A DNA stretch of 53,938 bases. Origin: Alphaproteobacteria bacterium. GTDB lineage: Bacteria; Pseudomonadota; Alphaproteobacteria; RF32; CAG-239. Made by a program: the position numbers and the translations under genes. Of this stretch, positions 37,380 through 45,994 are shown one piece after another. Position 1 is the stretch's first letter. Each line of letters starts with the position of its first letter. The notes below the pieces were generated by a model, which saw only the letters and a program-made list of their open reading frames with translations, did not search any database and had not been told where the DNA came from. The DNA is taken from contig JBGUGE010000062.1 of assembly GCA_045111335.1 (NCBI GenBank), positions 1 to 53,938 of the forward strand, given 5' to 3'.

Positions 37380-38499
37380 ATTTCAAGTCCTTAGCAACAC
37401 CGCGCCGATAAAAGTAAAACGGGTTATAAAATAACAGCAAATACAGGCATACCAAAAGCGGAATAAAGCAGTTTGCATATAATGCCGGCACAAAATAAAG
37501 CGAGTGTCCGGCAAGGTTGGTCAGCGCCAAATCGTTACCGACCACCAAAATCATACAAACTGTTTCAATGGCAATTACCTTGGTCTGACCGCGACGGTTG
37601 AAATTACTGATTAACATACCGGTACAGGCAATCAAGGCCAAAATCATATTGAAAAACGGATACAAAACACGCCGATGCCCTTCCACCACAAATTTTCGTC
37701 TGTCTTGCGGGGATAAACTCTGGTCTTTATTGGCATTTATCAGTTCGGTAAAGCTTTTTTCGCGAGCGGTTTGTGCCTTGCGACGAGCCGAACCGCCGGT
37801 ATTGAAATCAGCCGAATAGCGCGTAAATGACAGCATATTAAACTTGAAAGTTTTTTTATTGAATTCCTGCCGCACTCCGTTAATGAACAAAATACGCGGT
37901 CCTTTCGGGGTTTGAATCATGCGTCCTTTTTCGGCGGTCAGCGTAACTTTCAGCTCCGGCTTGCTTTCATCGCTGACAAAAATACCGGTAACCGAGCCGT
38001 CGCCCTCGTGCTTATCGATAAACACCGTAATTCCGTTGTTAAGTGTGGTAAATTCGCCCTCACGAAATACAGCCTGTGTCAGATTGTTTTTAACCCGCCA
38101 CTCCAGCTCGCGGAATTTTTGCTCTGCCTGCGGAATGCCGAAATTCATAACATAAATTCCGAACAGCGATAGCAAAAATCCCACCAACAGCGGAGCCTGT
38201 GCGTTTTTCCACGGACTGATACCGGCAGACTGCATAACCACTAACTCGCGGTCGGTAATCAGCGAATTATAAACAAACAAAACGGCTACAAACAGCGCAA
38301 TTGGCGATAATACGTTGAAAATACGCGGCATCAACAGCGAAGTCATTTGCACAAACAGATATACCGGCAAGCCTTGTCTGGTTACCATTTCCACAAACCT
38401 GAGCGATTGTGTCAGCCACAACATGGCTAACAACGACATGGAAATCAGCAAAAAGCCGATGATTATTTGTTTGGCAATATACCTGTTCAATATTCTCAT
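37366..38499 (-). CDS. LptF/LptG-family LPS export permease
   Basis: 377 aa with an MRILNRYIAKQ N-terminus, six TM segments and a periplasmic beta-jellyroll insert. It overlaps the lptD start by 14 nt. Confidence 0.8.
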   Translation of the reverse strand: MRILNRYIAKQIIIGFLLISMSLLAMLWLTQSLRFVEMVTRQGLPVYLFVQMTSLLMPRIFNVLSPIALFVAVLFVYNSLITDRELVVMQSAGISPWKNAQAPLLVGFLLSLFGIYVMNFGIPQAEQKFRELEWRVKNNLTQAVFREGEFTTLNNGITVFIDKHEGDGSVTGIFVSDESKPELKVTLTAEKGRMIQTPKGPRILFINGVRQEFNKKTFKFNMLSFTRYSADFNTGGSARRKAQTAREKSFTELINANKDQSLSPQDRRKFVVEGHRRVLYPFFNMILALIACTGMLISNFNRRGQTKVIAIETVCMILVVGNDLALTNLAGHSLYFVPALYANCFIPLLVCLYLLLFYNPFYFYRRGVAKDLKYANE

Positions 38500-38613
38500 A
38501 CGCGCGATTATAACGGTATATTTCGCAGATTAAAATAAATATTTGCAAGATATACCCGCATATTTTAGCGCAAATGTGAATGTTTTTACGTTTTTTATCA
38601 GATTAATTCGGCC

Positions 38614-38649
38614 AAAAAAATATCACTCTATGCGCTCAAGCATAGGGTG
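38614..38649 (-). terminator. Intrinsic terminator ending the grpE-lptF/G intergenic transcript
   Basis: Minus strand reads CACCCTATGC-TTGAGC-GCATAGAGTG (10 bp, 1 G-U pair) followed by ATATTTTTTT. Confidence 0.65.
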
Positions 38650-38922
38650 ACATTTGTAAAGGAGTTCAAAAACCCTCGTCTGGCTGCGGATAATGGCTTT
38701 GTCGAATAGGGATTAAACAATGCGCGGTTGTTTCATCACCACAACCTGTCCTACATTGAATAAGAGCCTAATCTACCTGAAGAGCGTATGCCGTATTAGA
38801 GCATATTACCAACCTTTGTTTTAACACTCCGAAAGTGTTTATTCTCTTACTCGAATACCTAATGTCTCTGAGGAGCAGATTATCAGCCAACCAAGACTAC
38901 AGACCAAAATAATTGTTATCTG
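38614..38922 (-). ncRNA. Candidate ~310-nt structured non-coding RNA (or attenuating leader) of unknown family
   Basis: It is bounded by a near-consensus promoter and an intrinsic terminator. There is no ORF above 8 codons preceded by an RBS. It also has a long-range helix and several local hairpins. Confidence 0.4.
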
Positions 38923-38928
38923 AAAGGT

Positions 38929-38956
38929 AATATAACATAGTTTAAATTTTTGTCAA
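38929..38956 (-). promoter_or_regulatory. Strong candidate sigma70 promoter (extended -10)
   Basis: Minus strand reads TTGACA-N16-TATATT with TG at -15/-14. It starts 8 nt after the grpE stop. Confidence 0.6.
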
Positions 38957-38963
38957 GAAAAAA

Positions 38964-39536
38964 TTATTTTTTTCCGCCTTTAGTGACAATTACCATGGCT
39001 TCGCGCAAAATTCGGTCGTTAATCAAATATCCGGATTGCAGCTCGGCAATTACGGTTCCGGCAGGTTTTGACGGGTATTCCACTTCTTGTACCACCTGTT
39101 CGAAATTAGGGTCAAAAACCTTATCTAAACTTTCGATTTTTCTGATACCGAATTTGGCAAAAACTTTAGTAAGCTCGTTTTGCGTCATTTCCACACCTTC
39201 AAGCAATGCCCGGCATTGCTCTTTTTGCTGTTCTCCGACCGAGGTTACGGCGCGATGCAGATTGTCTGCCACCGTCAGCAATTCTTTGGCAAATGAAGAT
39301 AATGCGAATTTGGCATTTTTTTCAATTTCCTGCTGACAGCGTTTTTTGGTGTTTTCGGTTTCGGCACAAGCGCGCAAATAAGCGTCTTTCAGTTTGGCGT
39401 TTTCTTCCTCTAACGCGGTCAAAACATCATTTTCTTCCGTCACTTCTTCATCACTGTTGCCGCCTGAGTGAGTGTTGTTTTCATGCTCGGCGGTATTTTT
39501 AAATTCATGCGGTCTGAATTTTTTATCTTTCGTCAT
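38964..39536 (-). CDS. grpE: Nucleotide exchange factor GrpE
   Basis: 190 aa with an acidic N-terminus, a coiled coil (LKDAYLRACAETENTKKR) and a C-terminal beta domain. Confidence 0.9.
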   Translation of the reverse strand: MTKDKKFRPHEFKNTAEHENNTHSGGNSDEEVTEENDVLTALEEENAKLKDAYLRACAETENTKKRCQQEIEKNAKFALSSFAKELLTVADNLHRAVTSVGEQQKEQCRALLEGVEMTQNELTKVFAKFGIRKIESLDKVFDPNFEQVVQEVEYPSKPAGTVIAELQSGYLINDRILREAMVIVTKGGKK

Positions 39537-39578
39537 GATTTTCCTCTGTTAAAATACGATATATCATTTATTATAAAA

Positions 39579-39606
39579 CTTAGTGGTTAATATTTCATAA
39601 GTCAAG
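39579..39606 (-). promoter_or_regulatory. Candidate heat-shock (sigma32-like) or sigma70 promoter of grpE
   Basis: Minus strand reads CTTGAC-N14-CCACTAAGT, or alternatively TTGACT-N17-TAAGTT. Confidence 0.3.
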
Positions 39607-39689
39607 AGCTGTTTTTTTGTTGAAGGTTATAAAGAAATGGTATATATTAAGTAGGCTTGGATATCATTTTGTATGCGGAAAGGTTTAAT

Positions 39690-41723
39690 ATGTGCGCAGT
39701 CGTAATCGGTTCGGGACGTAAGGTTTATGAGTTTTTACCGACCAACTTCAATAAGAAAAAATATATCATCAATTACGGTGTGCCGAAAAATGCTATTCTT
39801 GCCGAGATTCAAAATACGGCAAAAAAACAATGTCTCAATAATACCGATTGGCCGAAGATAGATACGATTAACGCTTGGATGATAAGCGCCGAAACCGCAA
39901 CTTTTATGAAGTGCGGCGGGTTGGGAATGGTGGCTTCCGAGCTGCCGGAAAATTTCAATAACGTGTTCGGTAAAGATAAACACAATATCAGCATCATTAC
40001 CCCGCTTTATTTGGGAGATACGGGCAAGAAAAAAGCCGTATTGGCGGATGGTGTTTATTACGGCGCAGAGGGAAAAAATGTTGAGATTAAGCCGATTAAA
40101 ACCATAAAAATGTCGTTTGCCGGAAAGTATAAATTGCGCTCGTTTAATGTGGAAATTTATTCGGGCGTGTTTAAGGGGGTAACTTATTATTTTGTGCGCA
40201 ACGACCACTTCTTCGGCATCAATCCGGCAGCCGATAATCCTTCGGGACAGACCGGTTGCTATGTGTTGAATGAAAATAAAATAGATGAAGTCGAACGTTT
40301 TGCGTTTTTCTCTAAGGTGGTTTATCTGTTGCTTGAAGAATTGGCCGAAAAACCGGATAAGCACCTGTCGATGCCGAATATTTTGATTGCCAACGATTGG
40401 CACAGCGGGGCGCTTTCGGGATTGAATAAATATTTGACTTTGGCTAAGGTTTATACCGGCAAAATATCCCGCAAAGTTGCCGATAAAATCAGGAATATAC
40501 CGATTATTCACATTGCTCACCACATGGGCTATCAGGGTTGGGATTACGATAATACGTCGCGGATTTTGAATTCACTTTATGAGGATTTGGCAACGTTGAT
40601 TTTGAAAAATGCCAAAGCGGTCAAAAACAGCAATCTGCGCACGCAAAACACTTTGCTGGTCAGCGATACGTATAATCAGGCTTCGAGCAATATGCACTTG
40701 GCCGACCGTATTGTTACGGTTTCAAAAAATTATATGGAAGAAGTTTCCAGCAATAAAAATTTCGGATTCGATTTTCGCGATATTTTGAAAATTCGCAAAA
40801 ATTATCGCACTTTCTTCGGTATTGTTAACGGCTACGAAAAATGCCTTATTTCGCCGAACAAACAAAAAATTAAAGAAATAAATGACTTTTTTAAGATTAC
40901 CGATTTCAAGTTTTATGATGAAAAAAGTCTGAATGTAAAACTGCACAACAAGCGCGAATGTCTGAAGCTGCTCTCGCGTTTGGCTACCGATTCGAAATAT
41001 AAGGAACAGACTATTCCGCTGGTGGATTTGTACCAGTTTAACGATATAGTTTCCTTAATCGCAGAAGTTGATAAAATCCCGATTATCTGCATGACCAGCC
41101 GTATGGTGGAACAAAAGGGATATGATATGGCAATTCACGCAATTTTGCACATTATTGATCGCTATAAAAATACACCGGATAATTTCCCGATTTTCATTTT
41201 GGGCGGAGCCGGCAATAAAGATTTGTACCGTGATTTGATGATGCTTAAAGATAATGCCAAACAAATGTTTCGCGATTTTGCCAAACGCATTTTCGTGTTT
41301 CGCGGTTATAAAGATGAATTTGCGTATTCGGTGCAATTGGCGGCTGATTTTTATATGATGCCGTCGTATTTTGAGCCGTGCGGTTTGACTCAGATGGAAG
41401 CTATGGCCAAAGGCACTTTACCGATTGCCACTTCTACCGGCGGTTTGGTGGATACGATTACTGACGGGATTGACGGTTTTCGTACGGAAGCTTTTTTCGC
41501 CAACGGTGAAAAGATTTTCGGCAGCAACGCGGCGGCGCAACGCCTTCAAAATAATCTGAATGCTTATGAGTCGGCGTTGGATAAGGCTATTCGCTGTTTT
41601 TATGCGGCGCCGGAGATAATGCACAGAATGCAGCAAAATGCCATGGAAGACGATTTCAGCTGGTCATCGCCGGCCGGCTCGGTGTATAAATATTACAATC
41701 TGTTCAAAACCGGTTCGATTTAA
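39690..41723 (+). CDS. Glycogen/starch synthase-like glycosyltransferase (GT5 family) with a ~60-aa N-terminal extension
   Basis: KCGGLGMVASELP corresponds to the KTGGLGDV motif. The C-terminal PSYFEPCGLTQMEAMAKGTLPIATSTGGLVDT is a GT-B sugar-donor motif. A GGAAAGG RBS precedes the ATG at 39690. Confidence 0.75.
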   Translation: MCAVVIGSGRKVYEFLPTNFNKKKYIINYGVPKNAILAEIQNTAKKQCLNNTDWPKIDTINAWMISAETATFMKCGGLGMVASELPENFNNVFGKDKHNISIITPLYLGDTGKKKAVLADGVYYGAEGKNVEIKPIKTIKMSFAGKYKLRSFNVEIYSGVFKGVTYYFVRNDHFFGINPAADNPSGQTGCYVLNENKIDEVERFAFFSKVVYLLLEELAEKPDKHLSMPNILIANDWHSGALSGLNKYLTLAKVYTGKISRKVADKIRNIPIIHIAHHMGYQGWDYDNTSRILNSLYEDLATLILKNAKAVKNSNLRTQNTLLVSDTYNQASSNMHLADRIVTVSKNYMEEVSSNKNFGFDFRDILKIRKNYRTFFGIVNGYEKCLISPNKQKIKEINDFFKITDFKFYDEKSLNVKLHNKRECLKLLSRLATDSKYKEQTIPLVDLYQFNDIVSLIAEVDKIPIICMTSRMVEQKGYDMAIHAILHIIDRYKNTPDNFPIFILGGAGNKDLYRDLMMLKDNAKQMFRDFAKRIFVFRGYKDEFAYSVQLAADFYMMPSYFEPCGLTQMEAMAKGTLPIATSTGGLVDTITDGIDGFRTEAFFANGEKIFGSNAAAQRLQNNLNAYESALDKAIRCFYAAPEIMHRMQQNAMEDDFSWSSPAGSVYKYYNLFKTGSI

Positions 41724-42244
41724 AACTGAATAAGCGAGTAGACTTCGGCGATGTCTTGCAATTTAGCACGCCCGTCCAGTTCGGTAAGCTCAACTACAAA
41801 CGCAAATGCGGCAATTTCGGCGCCCAATCTTTGCGCTAATTTGGCCGCGGCTTCGGCGGTGCCGCCAACCGCAATCAAATCATCTACAATCAAAACGCGG
41901 TCGCCTTTTTTCAGGGCATCTTTGTGAATTTCGAGCCTGTCGGTACCGTATTCCAATTCGTACTCTTCGGCAATAGTGTCAGCCGGAAGTTTCCCCGGCT
42001 TTCTGACCGGTACAAAACCGCAACCGAGCTTATATGCCAGAGTTGCCCCGAAAATAAATCCGCGGGCATCGATTCCGACAACATAATCAATCTTTCGGTC
42101 GGCAAAATGCGCTGTCATCAAATCAGTGATTTCCTTAAAAATCGCCGGATTTTTCATTGAGGTGGTAATGTCCTTAAATTGAATCCCCGGCTTCGGATAG
42201 TCCGGAATGTTACGCACGGAATTTGCTATATCGCTTAAACTCAT
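41720..42244 (-). CDS. apt: Adenine phosphoribosyltransferase
   Basis: VLIVDDLIAVGGTAEA PRPP motif and FKDIT. The start is set at the ATG with an AGAGG RBS. Confidence 0.9.
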   Translation of the reverse strand: MSLSDIANSVRNIPDYPKPGIQFKDITTSMKNPAIFKEITDLMTAHFADRKIDYVVGIDARGFIFGATLAYKLGCGFVPVRKPGKLPADTIAEEYELEYGTDRLEIHKDALKKGDRVLIVDDLIAVGGTAEAAAKLAQRLGAEIAAFAFVVELTELDGRAKLQDIAEVYSLIQF

Positions 42245-42392
42245 TTTCAGCCTCTTTGTGTCATACAATCAACACAATTGTTTATAAAACATTTGCAAAA
42301 AAATTCAAGCGGATATTTTTTATTGATAATTGTTACGAAAAAACTTGCTTTTCATCACCGGATGTGTTATTTTTGACAAAAAGGAGAGAGAC

Positions 42393-44084
42393 ATGGATTT
42401 CGGGTATAAAACAATTATTGCCGTAGCTCTTGCCGCCAATGCCATGATTCGGGCAAAGGCGCAACCGGATGTGCTCGAAAACAACAAACTCAAAACCGAG
42501 TTGAAAGATTCGACCAAGCTGTCGGCGATTAATGATATTGACCCGGCCATGGCTGAAGATGTTGTGTCTAACTATATTTTGAATGAAAAAGACATTAAAT
42601 CGGCAGAAGCCAAATCCGAGACCGGCATCTCGCATCTTACCGCCGAGCAAAAAGACAGCCTGTTTCAGGAGCAAATATATCAATCCATTTTGGAAATCGA
42701 ACACGATGTAGTTCGTCTTATTGCTCATTTTGAAAATATCAAGATGAATGCATATTATGATAAGGTGGCTCGCAAATGGACCATCGGATTCGGCAACATT
42801 AAACATCCGAACGGTAAGCCGGTACGGCGCGGCGACAAAATCAAAGACGAAGACGAATTAATGTTTTATTTCAGGGATTATTTTAAACAACACGTCGCCC
42901 CGAATATCGCCAAATATCTGCCGACATGGCCGTTGCTGAATAAACAAGGCAAGATGGTTATGGTTGATATGTTTTGGAATGCCGGTAGCGGGCAGGGAGT
43001 TTTGTTCAGTAAAAAAGAATATGATGCCGACTTTGCCCGTTTGGATGAAAAGCACCGGCAGGAATTGGCCGAACGTGCAACAAACCTGAATCAAAGCGTT
43101 ACCTATCAGGGAACGGATTTCAACTTTAGCGATTTGCCGGAATGGCGTAACCTCGGAGTTACCAACAAAAAAATTATGACTTCGTTATATGCGAATAATA
43201 ATTTTATAAAAGGATACGATATAAATACGCGGTTTACCGATAAATGGTCTTGCTGTGATGAAGAGCAACGGCAGGATATTGCCGGTATGTTGCTACGGCA
43301 GAAGGCTCAAAAAGATGCGGCTATGGTGCCGTATGCGGTGCAACAAATGCCACAGACATGGAATTTTAAACAGGTCAATGACAGCACTGTTCATCATACA
43401 GGTTATGTTGTCGAAAATGATTACACACTTTCCGATGTTCCGGAGTGGTATAAATTATCGACAGATAAACAGCAGCAAATATGTAAAATGCTGGCCGCTG
43501 AAAATGACCACCTGACCTATCAGGGTAGGCAATACGAGGTTAAAAATATTCCGATTTGGTATTTTTTGAACAAAACCGAAAAAGATTTGCTTAAACAATA
43601 TTTTCCGGAAAATATGCTGGTCAGAAAAAACGGTGATGAATCTAAAAAGCCGGTATTATCAAATTTGGGATATGAGCTTAACACGTATGCGGTTACTCAA
43701 ACACCGGAAGCAAGAGAGCGGGTGGCCGTTCGTTTGGCTTCATACATTCATTCGCGCGGGAAAGAAGTATCGGCATTGCAAAATCGCGCTAATATTCGTG
43801 CCATGATTTTTTTAGGTAAAATAGAGTTGAACGGCAGCGGTGAAAATTCGATCAATTTGGAAGATGTTCATATCGGCGCCAGCTATTCAGTAAAAACCGA
43901 GGACTTGGATAATGCTAAAGTTATCTGCGATACGGTAAAAGGATGCGTTGCCGGCCGGAATTTTAAGGATACGCTGGATGCACAGCTACACCCTCAACCG
44001 AAATCTCGTTTGTATGCACGCGGCAGATCATCGCGAGCCGCATCTCCACGTCCTATAAATCGCACCGGTGCGCGCGGCCGCTGA
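42393..44084 (+). CDS. Exported GH24 (phage-type) lysozyme-like protein with a C-terminal repeat region and an Arg-rich tail
   Basis: AAGGAGAG RBS and a signal peptide. HFENIKMNAYYDKVARKWTIGFGN matches the E...D...T-I-G-x-G lysozyme core. About five [FW]xxL...Q/K...L modules follow. Confidence 0.6.
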   Translation: MDFGYKTIIAVALAANAMIRAKAQPDVLENNKLKTELKDSTKLSAINDIDPAMAEDVVSNYILNEKDIKSAEAKSETGISHLTAEQKDSLFQEQIYQSILEIEHDVVRLIAHFENIKMNAYYDKVARKWTIGFGNIKHPNGKPVRRGDKIKDEDELMFYFRDYFKQHVAPNIAKYLPTWPLLNKQGKMVMVDMFWNAGSGQGVLFSKKEYDADFARLDEKHRQELAERATNLNQSVTYQGTDFNFSDLPEWRNLGVTNKKIMTSLYANNNFIKGYDINTRFTDKWSCCDEEQRQDIAGMLLRQKAQKDAAMVPYAVQQMPQTWNFKQVNDSTVHHTGYVVENDYTLSDVPEWYKLSTDKQQQICKMLAAENDHLTYQGRQYEVKNIPIWYFLNKTEKDLLKQYFPENMLVRKNGDESKKPVLSNLGYELNTYAVTQTPEARERVAVRLASYIHSRGKEVSALQNRANIRAMIFLGKIELNGSGENSINLEDVHIGASYSVKTEDLDNAKVICDTVKGCVAGRNFKDTLDAQLHPQPKSRLYARGRSSRAASPRPINRTGARGR

Positions 44085-44153
44085 TCCGCATTGAAAATCA
44101 AAAAATGTATATTATATATCTTTCGTTGCAATAATTTAACGAAAGGAGTTGTT

Positions 44154-44363
44154 ATGAAAAGAGCGTATGTCAATCCGGACTTGTGTATCGGCTGCGGGCT
44201 CTGCGTGAGCACGGCTCCGGAGGTATTTCGCCTTAACGCCGGCGGTATTTCGGAGGCTTATGCCGAAACACCGGAAGGTGCGCAAGATAAGGTTGAAAAG
44301 GCGGTAAATTCGTGTCCGGTCAATGCTATTTCAATTATTGATGAAAACGTAGATATCGACTGA
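44154..44363 (+). CDS. Small single-cluster ferredoxin
   Basis: 69 aa with CIGCGLC ... CP cluster ligands and an AAAGGAG RBS. Confidence 0.8.
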   Translation: MKRAYVNPDLCIGCGLCVSTAPEVFRLNAGGISEAYAETPEGAQDKVEKAVNSCPVNAISIIDENVDID

Positions 44364-44370
44364 CGGAATT

Positions 44371-44874
44371 TCAGGTTATTTTGCGATTTTTATAAATTTG
44401 CACAATCGTCCACAAACTTAAAACCACATCGGTAATGCCGGACGGGTAGGCCTGCACATAAAAATCGTGAATGCACCACAAAGCTAAGTTTGAAACCAAG
44501 GCATAGCGCATTTGTTGTTCGTTGCGGGTAGTGTACATCAAAACCGTATAACTTGCCGAGGCTAAAATCGGGAAAAGCCCGATAAATCCGCGGTTATTGG
44601 CCCATAATCCGACCACGATACATAATATAAAAAGCACCCATGTCAGTGGTTTGTTGAGTTTATTTTTGTAGGCTAAAATATTGCGTATCAGGGCGATGGA
44701 ATTGGTGGTCAGTGCCGAATATGTATAGAGAGCGATGTTGGATAGAATACAAAAAATAACATCAACGATTTGCCACCAAATTAAGCCGTTTTTGCTTTTT
44801 TTGATTACCGAAACGGCAATACAAACGGCAGAAAGGAAAGAGAATATATTACCCAAAATCAGATAGGGTTGCAT
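44371..44874 (-). CDS. YgjV-like inner membrane protein
   Basis: 167 aa with 5-6 TM segments. The block pattern (IALIRNILAYK, LWCIHDFY) resembles E. coli YgjV. Confidence 0.5.
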   Translation of the reverse strand: MQPYLILGNIFSFLSAVCIAVSVIKKSKNGLIWWQIVDVIFCILSNIALYTYSALTTNSIALIRNILAYKNKLNKPLTWVLFILCIVVGLWANNRGFIGLFPILASASYTVLMYTTRNEQQMRYALVSNLALWCIHDFYVQAYPSGITDVVLSLWTIVQIYKNRKIT

Positions 44875-44889
44875 TGTTACTCCGTAATA

Positions 44890-45315
44890 TTATGAAGCAA
44901 ATCGCGCGGCAAATGTAAATTTATCGATGCCGTTGATTTGCACGATTCGCTCGTTTTGTAGAATCAGCGGCAGTTCAACCGAGACAAAGGTACTTCGCTT
45001 ATCGGCATTTTCCACAAACGCCGTAATATTTCCGGATGCCGCTTTAATAAAACGTTGTGAAGCCAACGCCCAAATTTTCAGCAGTTCCGGATCCGGATTC
45101 TCATTTCCGGTTTCCAGTCCCAAAGCCATCAGCTTTTTGCCGCAAGGCGTGTCATCTAAAGTATAAAAACCGCGATGAGTTTGCAAAAAATGCAAAGCGG
45201 CACGTTTATTGGCATCGGTCGGTTGATAGCTGATGCTGTATAAAACCACACTGTTCGGCGGAGTCGTTACATCTTCTTCTTCGGCAATTTGCCATGCCGA
45301 TGCCAGTTTATTCAT
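44890..45315 (-). CDS. Hypothetical protein
   Basis: 141-aa soluble-looking ORF in an operon-like position. I recognise no motif in it. Confidence 0.5.
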   Translation of the reverse strand: MNKLASAWQIAEEEDVTTPPNSVVLYSISYQPTDANKRAALHFLQTHRGFYTLDDTPCGKKLMALGLETGNENPDPELLKIWALASQRFIKAASGNITAFVENADKRSTFVSVELPLILQNERIVQINGIDKFTFAARFAS

Positions 45316-45327
45316 TGATTTTCCTTT

Positions 45328-45855
45328 TTATTCTTCGGCCGTTTTGGCAACCGGTTTCGGCTTGCGGGTATAACTGCGACGATGAGGTTTAGCCTCGGTT
45401 TCGGTCGTTTCGGTGCTGTTGCTGGCATCAATTACGGTAAAAGCACGCGTGCGACGAGTTTTAGGAGCCGGAGTTTCGGCCTCTGTCGGAGCCGGTTCAA
45501 CGCCTTGGGTTTCAACCAGACCGTTATCGGCCGTTGTTTCGGATTCGTTTGTTTCCGGAGCACTGTTTTCGGCAGTCGCATTTTCATTACCGGCGCCGTT
45601 TTGATTGTCCCGTGCCTGATATTTGCGCTCGTTAATTTCGGTTACGATTTTACGGTAGTGCTCGGCATATTGGCGAAACACCTCCATTCCGACGTAATCA
45701 CCGTTGTTTTGCGCTTCTTTGGCTAATTCGTTATAACGCTTAATCAAATCGAGTGCCGTACCGCTGCATTTTCCGGCCGGACTTACGCTGTCAAATTTAT
45801 AATTCAAAGAATATACGGCATTGCCGCGAAATTTATTGTTATTGATTTTTTTCAT
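45328..45855 (-). CDS. DUF4167-domain protein
   Basis: The N-terminal RYNELAKEAQNNGDYVGMEVFRQYAEHYRK matches the alphaproteobacterial DUF4167 pattern. The C-terminus is low-complexity T/E/A-rich. Confidence 0.6.
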   Translation of the reverse strand: MKKINNNKFRGNAVYSLNYKFDSVSPAGKCSGTALDLIKRYNELAKEAQNNGDYVGMEVFRQYAEHYRKIVTEINERKYQARDNQNGAGNENATAENSAPETNESETTADNGLVETQGVEPAPTEAETPAPKTRRTRAFTVIDASNSTETTETEAKPHRRSYTRKPKPVAKTAEE

Positions 45856-45994
45856 CTAAATCCATTCAATATGTTTGCTAATTTTAATTTTCAACAGGGC
45901 GACCAAAAATGCCCCATGCATCTTATATACGAATTTTTTTTACGTTTGGCAACAGCTTTTTATAAAATTATGTGCTAAATGTGAAAGATATAAA

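Noticed and set aside
38678-38897. Possible reduced tmRNA on the plus strand. TGGCTG (38681-38686) pairs with CAGCCA followed by ACCA (38884-38893). There is a GGCTTTGTCGAATAGGGATT stretch reminiscent of the tmRNA 5' GGAUUCGACGGGAUU, and an in-frame AADNGFVE-stop reading.
   Set aside because: There is no T-arm (GGTTCGAnnCC) before the putative 3' acceptor strand and no G3-U70 alanine identity pair. The tag would overlap the acceptor stem and lacks the hydrophobic (L/V)AA end. The ~210-nt length is too short. The only convincing promoter and terminator are on the opposite strand. I retained the pairing as the closing helix of the minus-strand RNA candidate.
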